64,000 bases of DNA from the NCBI RefSeq assembly GCF_009914755.1, contig NC_060938.1; one strand, written 5' to 3'. A program made the position numbers and the translations under genes. The number at the start of each line of letters is the position of its first letter. Within the stretch, counting starts at the first letter, position 1. Shown one piece after another: positions 33,151 through 46,439 of the stretch. Below the pieces are notes generated by a model. The model saw only the letters and a program-made list of their open reading frames with translations, searched no databases and was not told the DNA's origin. The DNA is from the human T2T-CHM13v2.0 reference genome, Homo sapiens.

Positions 33151-34290
33151 GTTGATAAATGGCATTTTTAAAAGATGCATTACATTTCAAGAAATTATTT
33201 GTGATTTTTTTCTAATGAAAATAGAGTATATTTCTTAAGGATAAAAAATAAGTTTCTCTTTTAAATGGTATCCAATATCTAAACTTTAACTAGTATTAAG
33301 TTAAAAATGACATAATATTCTATTTGTCAAGAAGATGTTTTCATAACAGAAAGATAGCAGTTTGTATAAAGCTGGAAAAAAAAGAGAGCCAGAGATGACC
33401 ATGTTATCAGAGTCTCCCTAGGCCTATGCAGAAGGCCACTGACTGAGAAACCTTTGTGTTTCAAGCAATAGGAAAGTGTACAATGTGGGAAGAAGGTCAT
33501 CAGCCTCCACATCAGCCAGTCCAGATTAAATATCCTGAAGAACTACACAAGTCCCTTTGCTCACCAAGCATATTTCCGATTAATCATTTGATTGCAGTAG
33601 TATCTTGATAAAAGAAAGCATGGGCCTATGAGATAAGAGAGCACTAATGTCCCTTGGAAAGCACTGCTCTTCCACAGTGTCCACAACTGCCCCAGTCATA
33701 AATGTGAAAGCTGACATACATTTATAAATCATTTTCTTTTAAGGTATTTTTTTCTGTTTGTTTTTGTTTTTGTTTTTTCCTTTTTGGTACCATGAAGTTA
33801 TTCTCCCTGTTCTGATAAGTAAACAGGAAAGAAAGAGTTTCCAAAGCAGAGGAATTAACCACCTGAGGTATCATTACCAAGTTATACATATGTCAATAAC
33901 TTTAATTTGGAAAGCCAGCCTTCTGGACTTTTTTACCAATGCCTCTAGACATTTCTACTAAAACAAAGACCACAGCTCAACTTACGAACCTCTGACATTT
34001 AATATTTTTCCCAAGGCCTAAATTATCCTGCTTGCTACTTGATGGGACTAGCAACAAGAACTATAAGTGTTGTATAGTTCCAGCTAGAATAATTTTTCAT
34101 AAATTCATGGTTAGATAAAAATATAGAGAGGATATTTCTTAAGACTCCATGGTTGAGTGTCTTGGTATGATGGTATATGGAAGAGCAGATAATAAGCTAT
34201 GTACACAGGGTTTTCCCTATTGCATGTCATCATGAACCTCCTTATCCCTGTTGATAAAACAAACCAAGGCTATATTAATGCTTGAGATAA

Positions 34291-34648
34291 TGTCTTTGTT
34301 CATATTGTGCTACTATAACAGAATACCACAGGACTGGGTGATTTGTATTGAACAGAATCTTATTGGCTTATGGTTCTGGGGGCTGGTTAGTCCAAAATCA
34401 CGTGACCAGCATCTGGGTAGGGCCTTTTTGCTGTGTTATCCCATGGAGGAAAGGCAAAGAAAGGGTAAGAGAGAACAAGAGATTGAACTTGCAGTCTCAT
34501 ACCCTTTTATAATCAGCATTAATCCATTAGAGAGGGTGAGCCCTCATGGTCCTAAACACCTTCCATGAGGCCCCACTTTCCAATACTGTTGCATTCAGAA
34601 TTACATTTTCAATGCATGCTTTACGGGGGACATATTTAAACCATAGGA
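34291..34648 (-). mobile_element. MST (MSTB2/MSTC-like) MaLR LTR
   Basis: TGTGCTACTATAACAGAATACCACAGGACTGGGTGATTT...GGGGACATATTTAAACCATAG. Confidence 0.8.
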
Positions 34649-35049
34649 TTTAGTATGTATGTTTGGGACTAAATGTATACTAAATTAAAGAGGTCTCAGA
34701 TGTTTTGATTTCTAGGATTGCCATATCTTCTCTTAATAACTAAACACATTAATCCCACACCTCCACTTCCAATGTTGGAGAAAGGAGACCATTAAGAAGC
34801 TAGGTTTGTCTTGATGGACACCAGCTAAGAGAGAATAAAGTGGTACCTTACTAAGGGATGTTCTATAGTCAGGAGTAAGTTCTTTACAAATCCCATCTTT
34901 ACTTGATCAGATGATACTCTTACTCAGCATTCATATCTTCCCATTAAAACCATGAAACTGAAAATCAACAGTTTCTCCCATTCTGTATCACTGCTATTAT
35001 TACATCTTTTAGTATTAATATTCATATTAACTCTTTCAATTATTAAATA

Positions 35050-35535
35050 TTTGCTATGCAGAAGCTTTTTAGCTTTATGTAGTCCTACTTGTTTATATTT
35101 GTGCTTTTGGTGTCATATCAAAAAAAACCATTCCCTGGATCAATGTCAAGAAGCTTTTCTCATGTTTTCTCTAGTAATGTTATAGTTTAAGGTCTTATAT
35201 TTAAGTCTTTAATCTACTTACAGTTGATTTTTTCCATATAGTATGTATGAATTAAGTATCTAATTTGATTCTTCTGTATGTGGATATACAGTTTTCCAGG
35301 ACTGTGTTTTTTTAAAGACTGTCCTTTCCACCATTATGTGTTTTTGGCATGTTTGTCAAAAATCAATTGTCTATAAATGTGTTTCTGGGCTTTCTATCCT
35401 GCTCATTGGTTGACATGTCTGTTCTTATGCTAGTACCATGCTGCTTTGATTACAGAGCTTTATAATATATTTTTAAATCAGGTACCATGATGGTTCTGGC
35501 TTTGTTCTGTTTCCTCAAGGTGGCTTTGGTATTTG
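35050..35535 (-). mobile_element. L1M/L1MA ORF2 fragment
   Basis: TTTGCTATGCAGAAGCTTTTTAGC...GTACCATGCTGCTTTGATTAC...GGCTTTGGTATTTGAG. Confidence 0.85.
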
Positions 35536-35554
35536 AGAATCACTGCTTTAGGCA

Positions 35555-35990
35555 ATAAATCAGGAATATCAGTTAAGCTACACATACTAGAAACTCAACA
35601 AACAGTAGCTTAATCCAATGGGATAGATTTTTGACAAATAACATGAAGTATGGAGGAAGGCAGTCCAAGATAGGTGTAACAGCACAAAAAAGTCATTAAG
35701 GCCCTAAGTCCTACGTAGCTTCCTGATCCACAATTCTTATTGTGTAGTGTTCACCTTTATGCTAACATAATGACTGCATGCCAGTTGAGTCTTTTTCTTT
35801 TATCAGTGAAACTATAACTTTTCCCAGGAACCCACTCATTAGACTATATTTACATCACAGAACTATGTTTCATATCTATAATTAGCTGCAAAGACTCTCG
35901 AGAAATCACATCTTCTAGCTGGTTATTTTGTTGACTTTTGCAAAGACTGGGTTCTGGTAGTGAGAAAGTTTGAGTAGGCAACTAGCATAT
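35555..35990 (-). mobile_element. MLT1K/L-like old MaLR LTR
   Basis: GAAACTCAACAAACAGTAGCTTAA...GAAGTATGGAGGAAGGCAGTCC...AGCTGCAAAG...GTAGGCAACTAGCA. Confidence 0.6.
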
Positions 35991-36051
35991 TTTCTTTAAG
36001 CTGGAATAATTTCTTTCTCTTGTATGGCAATAAGAAAACAAAGTTGCACAT

Positions 36052-37998
36052 TGATATGGTTTGGCTCTGTGTCCCCATGTTCCCACCCAAATCTCATCTT
36101 GTAGCTCCCAAAATTCCCATGTGTTACGGGAGGGACTGGTGGGAAATGACTGAATCATGGCAGTGGGTCTTTCCCTTGCTATTCTTGTGATAGTGAATGG
36201 GCCTCATGAGATCTGATGGTTTTAAAAATGGAAGTTTCTCTGCACTAGCTCTCTCTTTGCCTGCTGCTATCCACATAAGATGTGATTTGCTCCTCCTTGC
36301 CCCAGCCATGTGGAACTGTAAGTCCATTAAACGTCTTTTTTTTTTAATAAATTGCTCAGTCTCAGGTATGCCTTTATTAGCAGTGTGAAAATGAATTAAC
36401 ATAGTAAATTGGTACCAGGAGTGGGGTGCTGCTTAAAAGATACCTGAAAATGTGGAAGCAACTCTGGAATTGGGTAATAGGCAGAGGTTGAAACAGTTAG
36501 GAGGGCTCAGAAGAAGACAAGAAAATATGGGAAAGTTTGGAACTTCCTAGAGGCTTATTGAATGGCTTTGACAAAAATGCTGATAGTGATATGAACAATA
36601 AGATCCAGGCTGAAGTGGTTTCAGATGGATATGAGAAACTTGTTGGAAACTGGAGCAAAAGTAACTCTTGTTATGTTTTAGCAAACAGACTGGTGGCATT
36701 TTGCCCCTGCCCTAAAGATCTGTGAAACTTAGATTGATTTAGGGTGTCTGGTGGAAGAAATTTCTAAGCAGCAAAGCATTCAAGAGGTGACTTGAGTGCT
36801 GTTAAAGGCATTCAGTTTCAAAAGAGAAACAGAGCATACAAGTTTGGAAAATTTGCAGCCTGACAATGCAATAAAAAACAAAATCCCATTTTCTGAGAAT
36901 ACAAGCTGGCTGCATATATTTGCATAAATAAAGAGGAGCCAAATATTAATCACTAAGACAATGGAGAAAATGTCTCCAGAGCATGTCAGACACCTTTGCA
37001 GCAGCCCCTCCCATCACAGGCCTGGAGGCCTAGGAGAAGAAAGTGGTCTCATGGGCCATGCCCCAGTGTCCTTCTGCTGTGTGCAGCCAAGGACTTGGTG
37101 TCCTGCATCCCAGGTGCTCCAGCCATGGCTGAAAGGGGCCAATGTAGAGCTTGGGCTGTGGCTTCAGAGGGTGCAAGCCTCAAGCCTTGGCAGCTTCCAT
37201 GTGGTGTTGAGCCTGCACATGCACAGAAGTCAAAAATTCTGAACCTCCACCTGGATTTCAGAAGATGTATGGAAATGCCTGTATGCCCAGGCAGAGGTTT
37301 GCTGTAGGGGTGGGGTCCTCATAGAGAACCTCTTCTAGGTCAGTGCAGAAGGGAAATGTGGAGTCGGAGCCCCCACACAGGTTCCCTACTGGGGCACCAC
37401 CTAGTGGAACTGTGAGAAAAGGGCCACTGTCCTGCAGACCCCAGAATGGCAGATCCACTGACAGCTTCCACTGTGCCCCCAGAAAAGCCACACTCAATGC
37501 CAGCCCATGAAAGCAGCCAGGATGGAGGCCATACCCTGCAAAGCCACAGAGGCAGAGCTGCCCAAGACTATGGGAACCTACCTCTTATATCAGCATGATC
37601 TGAATGTGAGACATGGAGTCAAAGAAGATCATTTTGAAGCTTTAAGATTTGACTGCCCCACTGTATTTTGGACTTGCATGGGACCTGTAGCCCCTTTGTT
37701 TTGGCCAATTTGTCCCATTTGGAATGGCTGTATTTATGCAACACGTGTACCCCAATTGTACCTAGGAAATAACTAACTTGCTTTTGATTTTACAGGCTCA
37801 TAGGCTGAAGGGACTTGCCTTGTCTTGGATAACACTTTGGACTGTGGACTTTTGAGTTAATGCTGTAATGAGACTTTGGGAGACTGTTGGGAAGGCATGA
37901 TTGGTTTTGAAATGTGAAGATATGAGATTTGAGAGGGGCCAGGGGCAAAATGATATTGTTTGGCTCTGGATCCCCACCCAAATCTCATCTTGTAGCTC
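36052..37998 (+). mobile_element. THE1B provirus: 5' LTR 36052-36403, internal 36404-37950, 3' LTR truncated after 48 bp
   Basis: TGATATGGTTTGGCTCTGTGTCCCC start; internal begins GTAAATTGGTACCAG; polypurine tract GAGAGGGGCCAGGGGCAAAA. The second LTR start stops abruptly at TGTAGCTC. Confidence 0.93.
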
Positions 37999-38166
37999 AG
38001 ACAAGGATAAGGCTGTGGAGAGTCAGAAACTATGGCAAGGACTTTAAAGGTATTCTAACTGCAGTAAGAAACTATTGAAGGGAAACTTTCTCAAATAATT
38101 TATTCATAGAATAAAATGAGAGTAGTCTAACATGAATTATAAAAGTAATCACATGTGAGTTATTTA

Positions 38167-38793
38167 ATGAGTTATTTACTGCTATATAATAAACTTCCCC
38201 AAAACTTAGTGGCTGGAAACAACATTTGTTATCTTACAGTTTCTTTGGGTCAGATATCTGAGTGTGTCTTAATTGAGTCTTCTGGCTCAGAATCTTTCCC
38301 AAGACTAAAATCAAGGGGCCTAGTAACAACAGTCAACTCAAGACTCACCCAGAGAACAGCAAACTCCTAAGCTTTGTTGTAAGCATGTGCTGCTAGGCCT
38401 ACCCTAGGATTAGTCATGTCCAAAATTTGTACGCTTTTAGGAAGGGTTTCATTCCTCATGAGCTATTTTAACTAAAAGACTCAATTCCTCACTGGCTGTT
38501 GGCTATAGGACTCTCTCAGTTACTTGCCACATGGGCCTCTCCATAGAGCAGCTCACAGCATTCAGATGGCTTCACCAGAGTGCGCAAGCAAGACAGAACC
38601 TTAGCAAGATATAAGCTAGAGTCTTTTGTAATCTTATGTCAGAAATGGCATCCTTAAACTTGTGATGTTTTCTACTGATTATAAGTAAATACAGAATAGA
38701 TTCAGAATGTACTCAAAAGGAGAGCACTTCACAAGGGCCTCAATACCAGAAAGTGGGTGTCATTGGTATCTATCTTGGAGGCCTGCTACCACA
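38167..38793 (-). mobile_element. MLT1F-like MaLR LTR
   Basis: CCCCAAAACTTAGTGGCT...GCCACATGGGCCTCTCCATAG...ATCTTGGAGGCCTGCTACCACA. Confidence 0.78.
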
Positions 38794-39689
38794 GACCCTA
38801 AATTGGCTTTCATTTATTAGTGATTAAATTCATTAAAGTCATTAAAATCATTCTTTTAATGATCGGCTCAAGAAACTCAATTACAAACTCAATATTCTTC
38901 CTCTGTTTAAAAATCATAACTAAAATTGTCCATCTTCAGTCGTCAATCCAATGATCAATTCCAGTTGCAAAATATTCTTTTAAATGGAAATCATCAAAAT
39001 GTTCATGCTATACTTAACCTTAAACTTTGCAATGTCTTTCATGAAATTGCATACATTGTATTTGAAATGTTTAGGATATTTTAACTTTCTGTTTACTGAA
39101 ATCCATGAAATACTTGGGACATTTTCCTATACTACTTCTGTTAATGTTACTTGCTTTCTTCATCCTGTGATCATAGAAATTAATGATTCACTATTTATAG
39201 AAACTTTCACATATTGCAAAGCTTTTTAAAATCTGTATTGAAGGATGTAGGTCATGTTATGTGAGTTTCAGAGTGACTTCCAGGCAAGCCTTTGAAAACC
39301 ACCCACTTAGGTACTTCAGGTTGAATTTTAATTGTCAACTTCTCTGACCTTCAAAGGTAGCTCCCTTAACTTTCAGTAGAAGCTTTCTTGACATCTACTC
39401 CATGATCTCTTCCAATAATCCTGTAAACCCAAACCAGAATATATAGAGTGGCTTCTGTTTTCTTGACTGAACATAACTAAAACAATGCATGCTATACCTC
39501 TCTGCAATCCCAGAGGACCAATTGGAAGCAAATTTGAAGTCCAACATCTTCATCAACTCATTCCCTCTTTTCATTTCACCAGAAGCTTTCTGACCTTGAA
39601 TTAATGAGAATAGTGATGCTGTATCACTATAAACATTTTTAAATTTCAAATTGGATCTTATTTAAATTTATCTCTTATTTATGATTTGT

Positions 39690-39830
39690 TATTTTCATTT
39701 TACAAATAGAAGAATTGAAATGCCACACAGTTACATGAATGACCAAGATTTCATTACTAGGAAGGAGCAGAACAACAATTTGAACTCAGGTCTACTTATC
39801 TCAAGGCCAGGATTTTCCACTCCCATACCA
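39690..39830 (-). mobile_element. MIR SINE
   Basis: CATTTTACAAATAGAAGAATTGAAA...TTTGAACTCAGGTCT. Confidence 0.7.
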
Positions 39831-39884
39831 TTGTGAATACTATAAAGGCATACACATACATGGTGTGCTCAGTGATGTTTTCAA

Positions 39885-40330
39885 ATAATGACGATTATAG
39901 ACCCAAAGTCCAGATGAAAACCAGACTCCTTACCATGGACATATAAAGCCCTCTAAAATCTGGCTCCTCCCTGTATCTCTAGCCTTACTTCTTGCCATTC
40001 CCCACCTGTCTCTTAAGTTTTAACCACACAGAACTGCTTTAAAGTCACATTTTCATGCATTTGCTTCCTATGCCATCTCTACCTACAACACCTTACTTCT
40101 TGCTTTTCATTCCACCTTCCTTCCATTATCATCCTATCAAGAGCAAGTACTGACTGTTCACGACTCAATCTAGAAGTTACAGGCACCATGATGGCTTTTT
40201 TGCTTCCCCGTTTCCCACTTCTATTACATTTGTATCCATGTGATATCATATATTTAAATATACTTTTAGATCACCTATAATGTTTAAATTGCATTTAATT
40301 ATTTGGACTGTACATACTATAACTTACGAT
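39885..40330 (+). mobile_element. L2 fragment
   Basis: AAAACCAGACTCCTTACCATGGACATATAAAGCCCTCTAAAATCTGGCTCC. Confidence 0.65.
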
Positions 40331-41599
40331 GAACAGAGTGCTTCCACATGTTATGTCAATTAATTCTTAAAGGATGCTTACATCACCTTCATACATAGGG
40401 ACTGCACCATAATTCTCTGTCTCCAGCATTATGACTGAAATAAAGTACTTTTTAAATGAATATTTACTGATTACATAAGGAGTAAATTAAGTAGTATAAA
40501 ATAGCTACATAGTGCATTTGCGGAAAAAAACACGTCATTGAAAAACACAACAAAATCACTAACATTATTTTCACCTGATAACTTTACTCACCACACTGAG
40601 TAAAGCAATTGTCCCACTTTCCTTCACCTGCATAGCACTTTATAAGTCTAAGTGGAAAAAATAAGTAAATTCAGATGTAGGGAGGAAGGTCTATTTATTT
40701 AATTAAAGAATGATGCTAAAGCAGGTCTAATTTTTCTGCCTCAATTGACGACAACTTTGGATATTTATGAGCACTGTTGTATAACGTAAAGAACATTAAA
40801 CTCTGAGCCTTAAAACTTAGATTTATTGCTTCTTTGCCACTAATCAGCTAAGTTAAATTGAAAAACTCATTTAACCCCTCTGGCTTCAATTTTCTCTCAT
40901 ATAAAATGAAGACCAGAGTATTTCTGAAATCATTTGCAATGCTTAAAGAGCTCATACATTTTTACATCTTCATCTTTTGATTAACATGATTATATAAAAT
41001 CACTTTCATCTACGACTTAATGAAAATCGCCAGCAAGATATGGGATCTACAATGTTCCTGGGGCCTAGTAGCTTAAAGAATATTATTTTTCTATTCAACT
41101 TTCCAGGAACAGGTCACATTTGAATACAAAGCTATTATGTATAATTGAAAGTTATTTCTTTAGCTTAGGTTTTCAAAGAATAATCTTTGGAAAATTGCAT
41201 TTGGCAAGAGTGACATCTACTTTTATCCATTATACTTTATTTTATGAGGAACTTTCTCAGGCAAGCATAGGCACACACTGTCACGGTGATTATTTACAAG
41301 CATCATAAAATTGCTGAGTGCCTAGAATGTATAAACCCCTAATGCTAAGTCTTACAGGGAACCAAAGGAGTACAGCTCTTTCTGCTCTCATGAAACAAGT
41401 AATCTCTTTCACTGAGTGTTTTTATTCTAATTGACATATTAAACTTAGCCAAATCATAATCCATGTAAATTGTTAAGAAGATTGAAATGATTGGGGGCAG
41501 GTCATACCTTGACAAAAAATACACATATACATATAACTTCCCTCTGGCATTATAACTGTCTGATTTGTGTATTCTGTATTATACTTCCCACTCAGTAGA

Positions 41600-42035
41600 A
41601 TGTATACAGTATACAGTAACAGATGGTATTTGAAGTCATGGATGAAGATAAGATTGTCTGGGGATATATATAGGTAGAGAAAGAGATGGGGGGAAAAAAG
41701 AACAAGAGAAGCCATTCTAGAATCCCGAGATTCATGAAATAACCTCAGTGAAGGGAGCCTGTGAAGGTACCTTCAAAAAAATATTCAGAATGGTAGGAAG
41801 AAAAGCAGGACAGAGTGGTGACACGGAAGTTATGGAAGAAAGAAAGTATTAAGAGTGGCTAGCTAGTGTTACAGAAAGGAAAAGACAGAAAATACTTTAA
41901 ATAGACTATTTGATTAAAAACTTATCAGTGCCTCTAGGAAGAACTGCCTCAAGAAGGAAGCAGAATCAAACCTCAAATTAAAGTGGGTTGAGGTTTGAAA
42001 GGGTAATGAAAAAACAGAAACAAGAAGTATGGAAC
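41600..42035 (-). mobile_element. L2 fragment
   Basis: GATGGTATTTGAAGTCATGGATGAAGATAAGATTG...GGTAGGAAGAAAAGCAGGACAGAGTGGTGACAC. Confidence 0.6.
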
Positions 42036-42053
42036 ACTGTAACTGTAACTTTG

Positions 42054-42250
42054 TTTCAAATAGCTAGAAGAAAGATATTGAATATTCCCAACACAAAGAA
42101 ATGATAAATGTTTGAGATGATGGATATGCTAATCACCCTGATCTAATTACCCTGATCACTTATACAAAATATGTACCAAAACATCACTCGCCATGTACCC
42201 CATGAATATGTACGGTTATTACTTGTCAATTTTAAAAGAGAAAAAAATGT
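42054..42250 (+). mobile_element. L1MA (MA4/5-like) 3' end
   Basis: TTTCAAATAGCTAGAAGAAAGATATTGAATATTCCCAACACAAAGAAATGATAAATGTTTGAGATGATGGATATGCTAAT. Confidence 0.85.
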
Positions 42251-42849
42251 TTAGTAAATATACGAATAAGTATTAAAGAAATGGCTAAGTAGAAAAATAA
42301 ATAAACAAATGCACAATAAGCTGTAGCATTTTTGGAAGGCCTTAATTCTCAGTCAGGGAAACCAATATAGAGATAAATGACAGCCTTGCTTCCTATGCTA
42401 CTCTAAAGAGAAGAGCTAGGATTCAGAACAAAAAGAGCACTGGTTGAGATTAAGCATTTTGACATTTAGAGAGGCATGCTTCAGGCTTTCTTCAGAAGTA
42501 CAAGAACCATAGACAAGAGGGAGTCTAAAGGCCATATTAGAAAGTATCTTTTAAAGAACTGATTTCTTCATCAAGAAATCCTGTAATGTTTTCAAGGTGA
42601 TTAGCTTTAGGTCATTTTAGTAGGCCCAACAATTATAAACAAATTATCTTGGAATGATACTTCAAATTATATATTTGCAAAAATGTGCTTTTTAAAGATA
42701 TTGAATTTAATTCATTTTAGGAGAATGTTTGCTTTGGGATGATGCAATAAATGCCACTGTTGGGTTTGTTGCTTGACATGCACATCTGAAAAAATGGTAT
42801 AAGTATCTAAATTATTTGAATTATTTGTGAGAAGTTTACATTTAATATC

Positions 42850-45198
42850 CACAAATACCTTGGAGATCCTGTGTGTTTAGCTCCAGACAATTTCAATAAT
42901 GCAAATATTGCAACAAAATGAGTCATATGAATTTGGCCTCTCAGTGCATATAGAATTTATGTTTATATTGCAGCTTATTAGTTTATTGAGTGTGCAATAG
43001 CATTATGTCTAAGAAAACAATGTACATACCTTCATTAAAAATACGTTATTGCTAAAAAATGTTAATAATCATCTAAGCCGTGAGCGAGTTGTAATCTTTT
43101 TTGCTGGTGGAGGGTCTTGCCTCAGTGTTGATGGCTGTTAACTGATTAGGATTGTGCTGCTGAAGGTTGGGGTAGCTATGGCAATTTCTTAAAATATGAC
43201 AATGAAGTTTGACACATAAATTGACTATGCCTTTCAGGAAAGATTACACTGCAGCATAAGATACCTTTTGATAGCATCTTACCCACAGAAGAACTTCTTT
43301 CAAAATTGGAGTCAATCCTCTCAAACCTTGCCACTACTTTATCAATTAAATTTATATAATATTCTAAATTCTTTGTTGTTTTAACAGTGTTAACCAGGAG
43401 TAGATTTCAGCTCAAGAAATCCTTTTCTTTGTTCATCCCTAAGAAGTAACTCCTCATCTGTTAAATTTTTGTCGTGAGATTTCAGCAATTCAGTCACATC
43501 TTCAGGCCCCACTTCTAATTCTAGTTCTCATGCTGTATCTACCACATCTGCACTTACTTCCTCCAGTGAAGTCTTGAACCCCTCAAAGTCATCTATGAAG
43601 CTTGGAATTAACTTCTTCCAAACTCCTATTCACGTTGATATTTTGACCTCCTCCTCTTGCTAAGCACAAATGTTCTTAATGGCATCTAGAACGGTAACTC
43701 CTTTCCAGAAAGTTTTCAGTTTACATTGCCCAGATTCATCAGAGCAATCACTGTCTATGACAGTAATAGTTTTATAGAATGTATTTCTTAAATAATAAGA
43801 CTAGAAAGTTGAAATTACCCCTTGGTCCATGGATGTTGTGTTTGCAAGCATGAAAACAACATAGACCTTTTGGTACATGTCCATCAGATCTCTTGGGTAA
43901 CTAGGTCCATTGTCAATTAACAGTAATATTTTGAAAGGGGTCTTTTCTGAGCAGTAAGTCTTCACAGTGGGCTTAAAATATTCAGTAAACTATGCTGTAA
44001 ACAGATGTGCTGTCATCGAAGCTTTGTTGTTTCATTTATAGAGCACAGGCAAAGTAGATTTAGCATCATTCTTAAGGTCCCTAGGTTTTCTGGAATGGTC
44101 AATGTGCACTGACTTCAACTTAAAGTCACCAGCTGCATTAGGTTTTAATAGGAGAGTCAGCCTGTCCTTTAAAGTTTTGAAGCCAGGCATCGGCTTCTCC
44201 TCTTTAGCTATGAAAGTCCTAGAAGCAACCCCTTTCTAATAGAAGGCTTGTTTCATCTACATTGAAAATATGTTTTTTTAGCGTAGCCACCTTCATCAAT
44301 TATCTTAGCTAGATCTTCTGGACAACTTGCATCTTCTACATCAGCACTTGCTGGTTCACCTTGCACTTTTTTATGTTACAGAGATGGCTTCTTTCATTAA
44401 ACCCAATGAACCAACCTCTGTTAGCTTCAAACTTTTCTTCTGTACTTTTTTCACTGTTGTCAGCCTTCATAGAATTAAAGAGAGATGCAGCTTTAGTTTA
44501 AAGGAAGGTTTTGGCTTTGTTGATCTTCTGTACAGACCACTAAAACTTTCTCTGTATCAGTAATAAAGCTGTTTTGCTTATCATTTGTGTATTCTGGAGT
44601 ACCACTTTGAATTTCCTTCAAGAACTTTTCATTTGCTTTCACAATATGGCTGTTTGGCATAAGAGGCCTGCCTATTTTGGCTTTTTATTTGCCTTCTTCA
44701 CTAAGATTAATCACATTTAATTTTTGATTGAAAGTGAGAAACATGTAATTTTTTATTCCACTTGAACTGTTAGAGGCCATTGTAGGGTTATGCATTGGCC
44801 TAATTTCAATATTGTTTTGTCTCAGAGAATAGGAAGGCCCGAGGACAGGGAGAGAGATGAGAGAATGACTGGATCATGGATCAGTCAGAACATACACATT
44901 CATTGGTTAAGTTTGCTGTCTTATACGGGCATGGTTCATGAAGCCTCAAATAATTACAATAGTAACATTAATAATCAATGATCATAGATCACCATAACTG
45001 ATGTAATAATAATTAAGAAAATTGAAATATTACAAGAATTACACAATGTAAAGAGAGGCACAAAGTGAACACGTGATTCTGGAAAAATGTCACCAGTATA
45101 CTTGCTGGACACAGAGTTGCTGCAAACCTTCAAGTTGTCCAAAATGCAATATCTGCAAAGTGCAACAAAATGAAGCAGAGTAAAACGAGGTATGCCTG
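42850..45198 (-). mobile_element. Tigger1 DNA transposon, near full length (about 2.35 kb), transposase decayed
   Basis: Right end TAAAACGAGGTATGCCTG (reverse complement CAGGCATACCTCGTTTTA) and degenerate left end CACAAATACCTTGGAGAT. Continuous Tigger1-like internal sequence, no long ORF. Confidence 0.9.
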
Positions 45199-45754
45199 GA
45201 TACAAAATTGAGTAGCTCCCCATGAAGCCTAGGATATAGCCTCAGTGCTATGTGAAAAGGCATCAGTTGCTATAATAAAAGCTTCAGCTACAATAATAAA
45301 AGCTCTGAAGGAAATGGGCTTGGTCTTCTAGCCACAGGAGTCTGTCACTGAAGAGCTACAGCCCGAGGGGCCACCATCACCCGAGATAAAAGCAAGTAAC
45401 CAAATAACTGGTGTCTTGGAGCATCAGACAACTCGGATTGTCACTCTCTCTTCTTTCGCTGTTGCACAGATGTCATTCAGGTGGCAGAAATGTGTTGTGG
45501 GTTATGTTAAAACCCTTGCCCATATCTCCTGAGGGTCTGAGCCTTCCATGTTGGGGGTGCCAACATAGAGTGTGTGCCCTGAGGTCTGCCTTTTCAAATG
45601 AGCATCGTTTTATTCAATGCCACAACACAGAGAAATAGATTTATGAGGGTTCATACACAGAAGATTCATGCCTCCATTTTTCCTTACCTTTGAAAAAACA
45701 AACTCTAAAACACCAGTTTATCAAGATGACAATAGATTAAACACGATGCAGACA

Positions 45755-46370
45755 GTGGTAATAATTACCCCCTTTACTAAATGCCTCAAGTGCCAGGAGA
45801 GTTACATTGATCCATTCAACAGTCGACACTACATAATTAAGAGGACAATACAGAACATATTACATCATTCAGGGCATATTAGTATGAATAAAGAAGTGGA
45901 AGCTCAGAGAGACTAAGTTGCCAGAATACAAGTTTAGGTAAGTGTCAATACAATGTTGACATGGTTTGGCTGTGTCCACACCCAAATCTCATCTTGTAGT
46001 TCTCATAATGCCTCCATGTTGTGGAAGGGACCCAGTGGAAGGTAATTCAATCATGAGGGTGGTTACCCTCATGCAGCTCTCATGATAGTGAGTTCTCACG
46101 AGATCTGATGGTTTTATAAGGAGCTTCCTACTTTGCTCAGCACTTCTCCTTCCTGCTGCCATGTGAAGAAGGATGTGTTTGTTTCCCCTTCCACCATGAT
46201 TGTAAGTTTCCTGAGGTCTCCCCAGCCATGCTGAACCATGAGTCAATTAAACCTTTCCTTTATGAATTACCCAGTCTTGGGTATGTCTTTATTAGCAACA
46301 TGAGAATGGACTAATACAAATGTTCACACTCAAATCTGGCTGACTCTAAGCCTGAGCTCTTCCCACACAA
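45755..46370 (-). mobile_element. MIR interrupted by a THE1C LTR
   Basis: TTTACTAAATGCCTCAAGTGCCAGG...GAAGCTCAGAGAGACTAAGT, resuming at TTCACACTCAAATCTGGCTGACTCTAAGCCTGAGCTCTT. Confidence 0.65.
45957..46318 (+). mobile_element. THE1C-like MaLR solo LTR
   Basis: TGACATGGTTTGGCTGTGTCC...GGACTAATACA. Perfect TSD AATGT at 45952-45956 and 46319-46323. Confidence 0.92.
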
Positions 46371-46439
46371 CAAACCATCAGAGTTCTCATTAACACTTCA
46401 TCAAGCAGGAGCAAACCAGCAACTCTAAATTAAGTGGAA

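Noticed and set aside
36537-37776. Cluster of short ORFs in a GC-richer block
   Set aside because: Fragments within the decayed THE1 internal region, not a host gene.
42850-45198. Possible domesticated Tigger transposase (TIGD1-like)
   Set aside because: No long minus-strand ORF in the track; the copy is heavily decayed.
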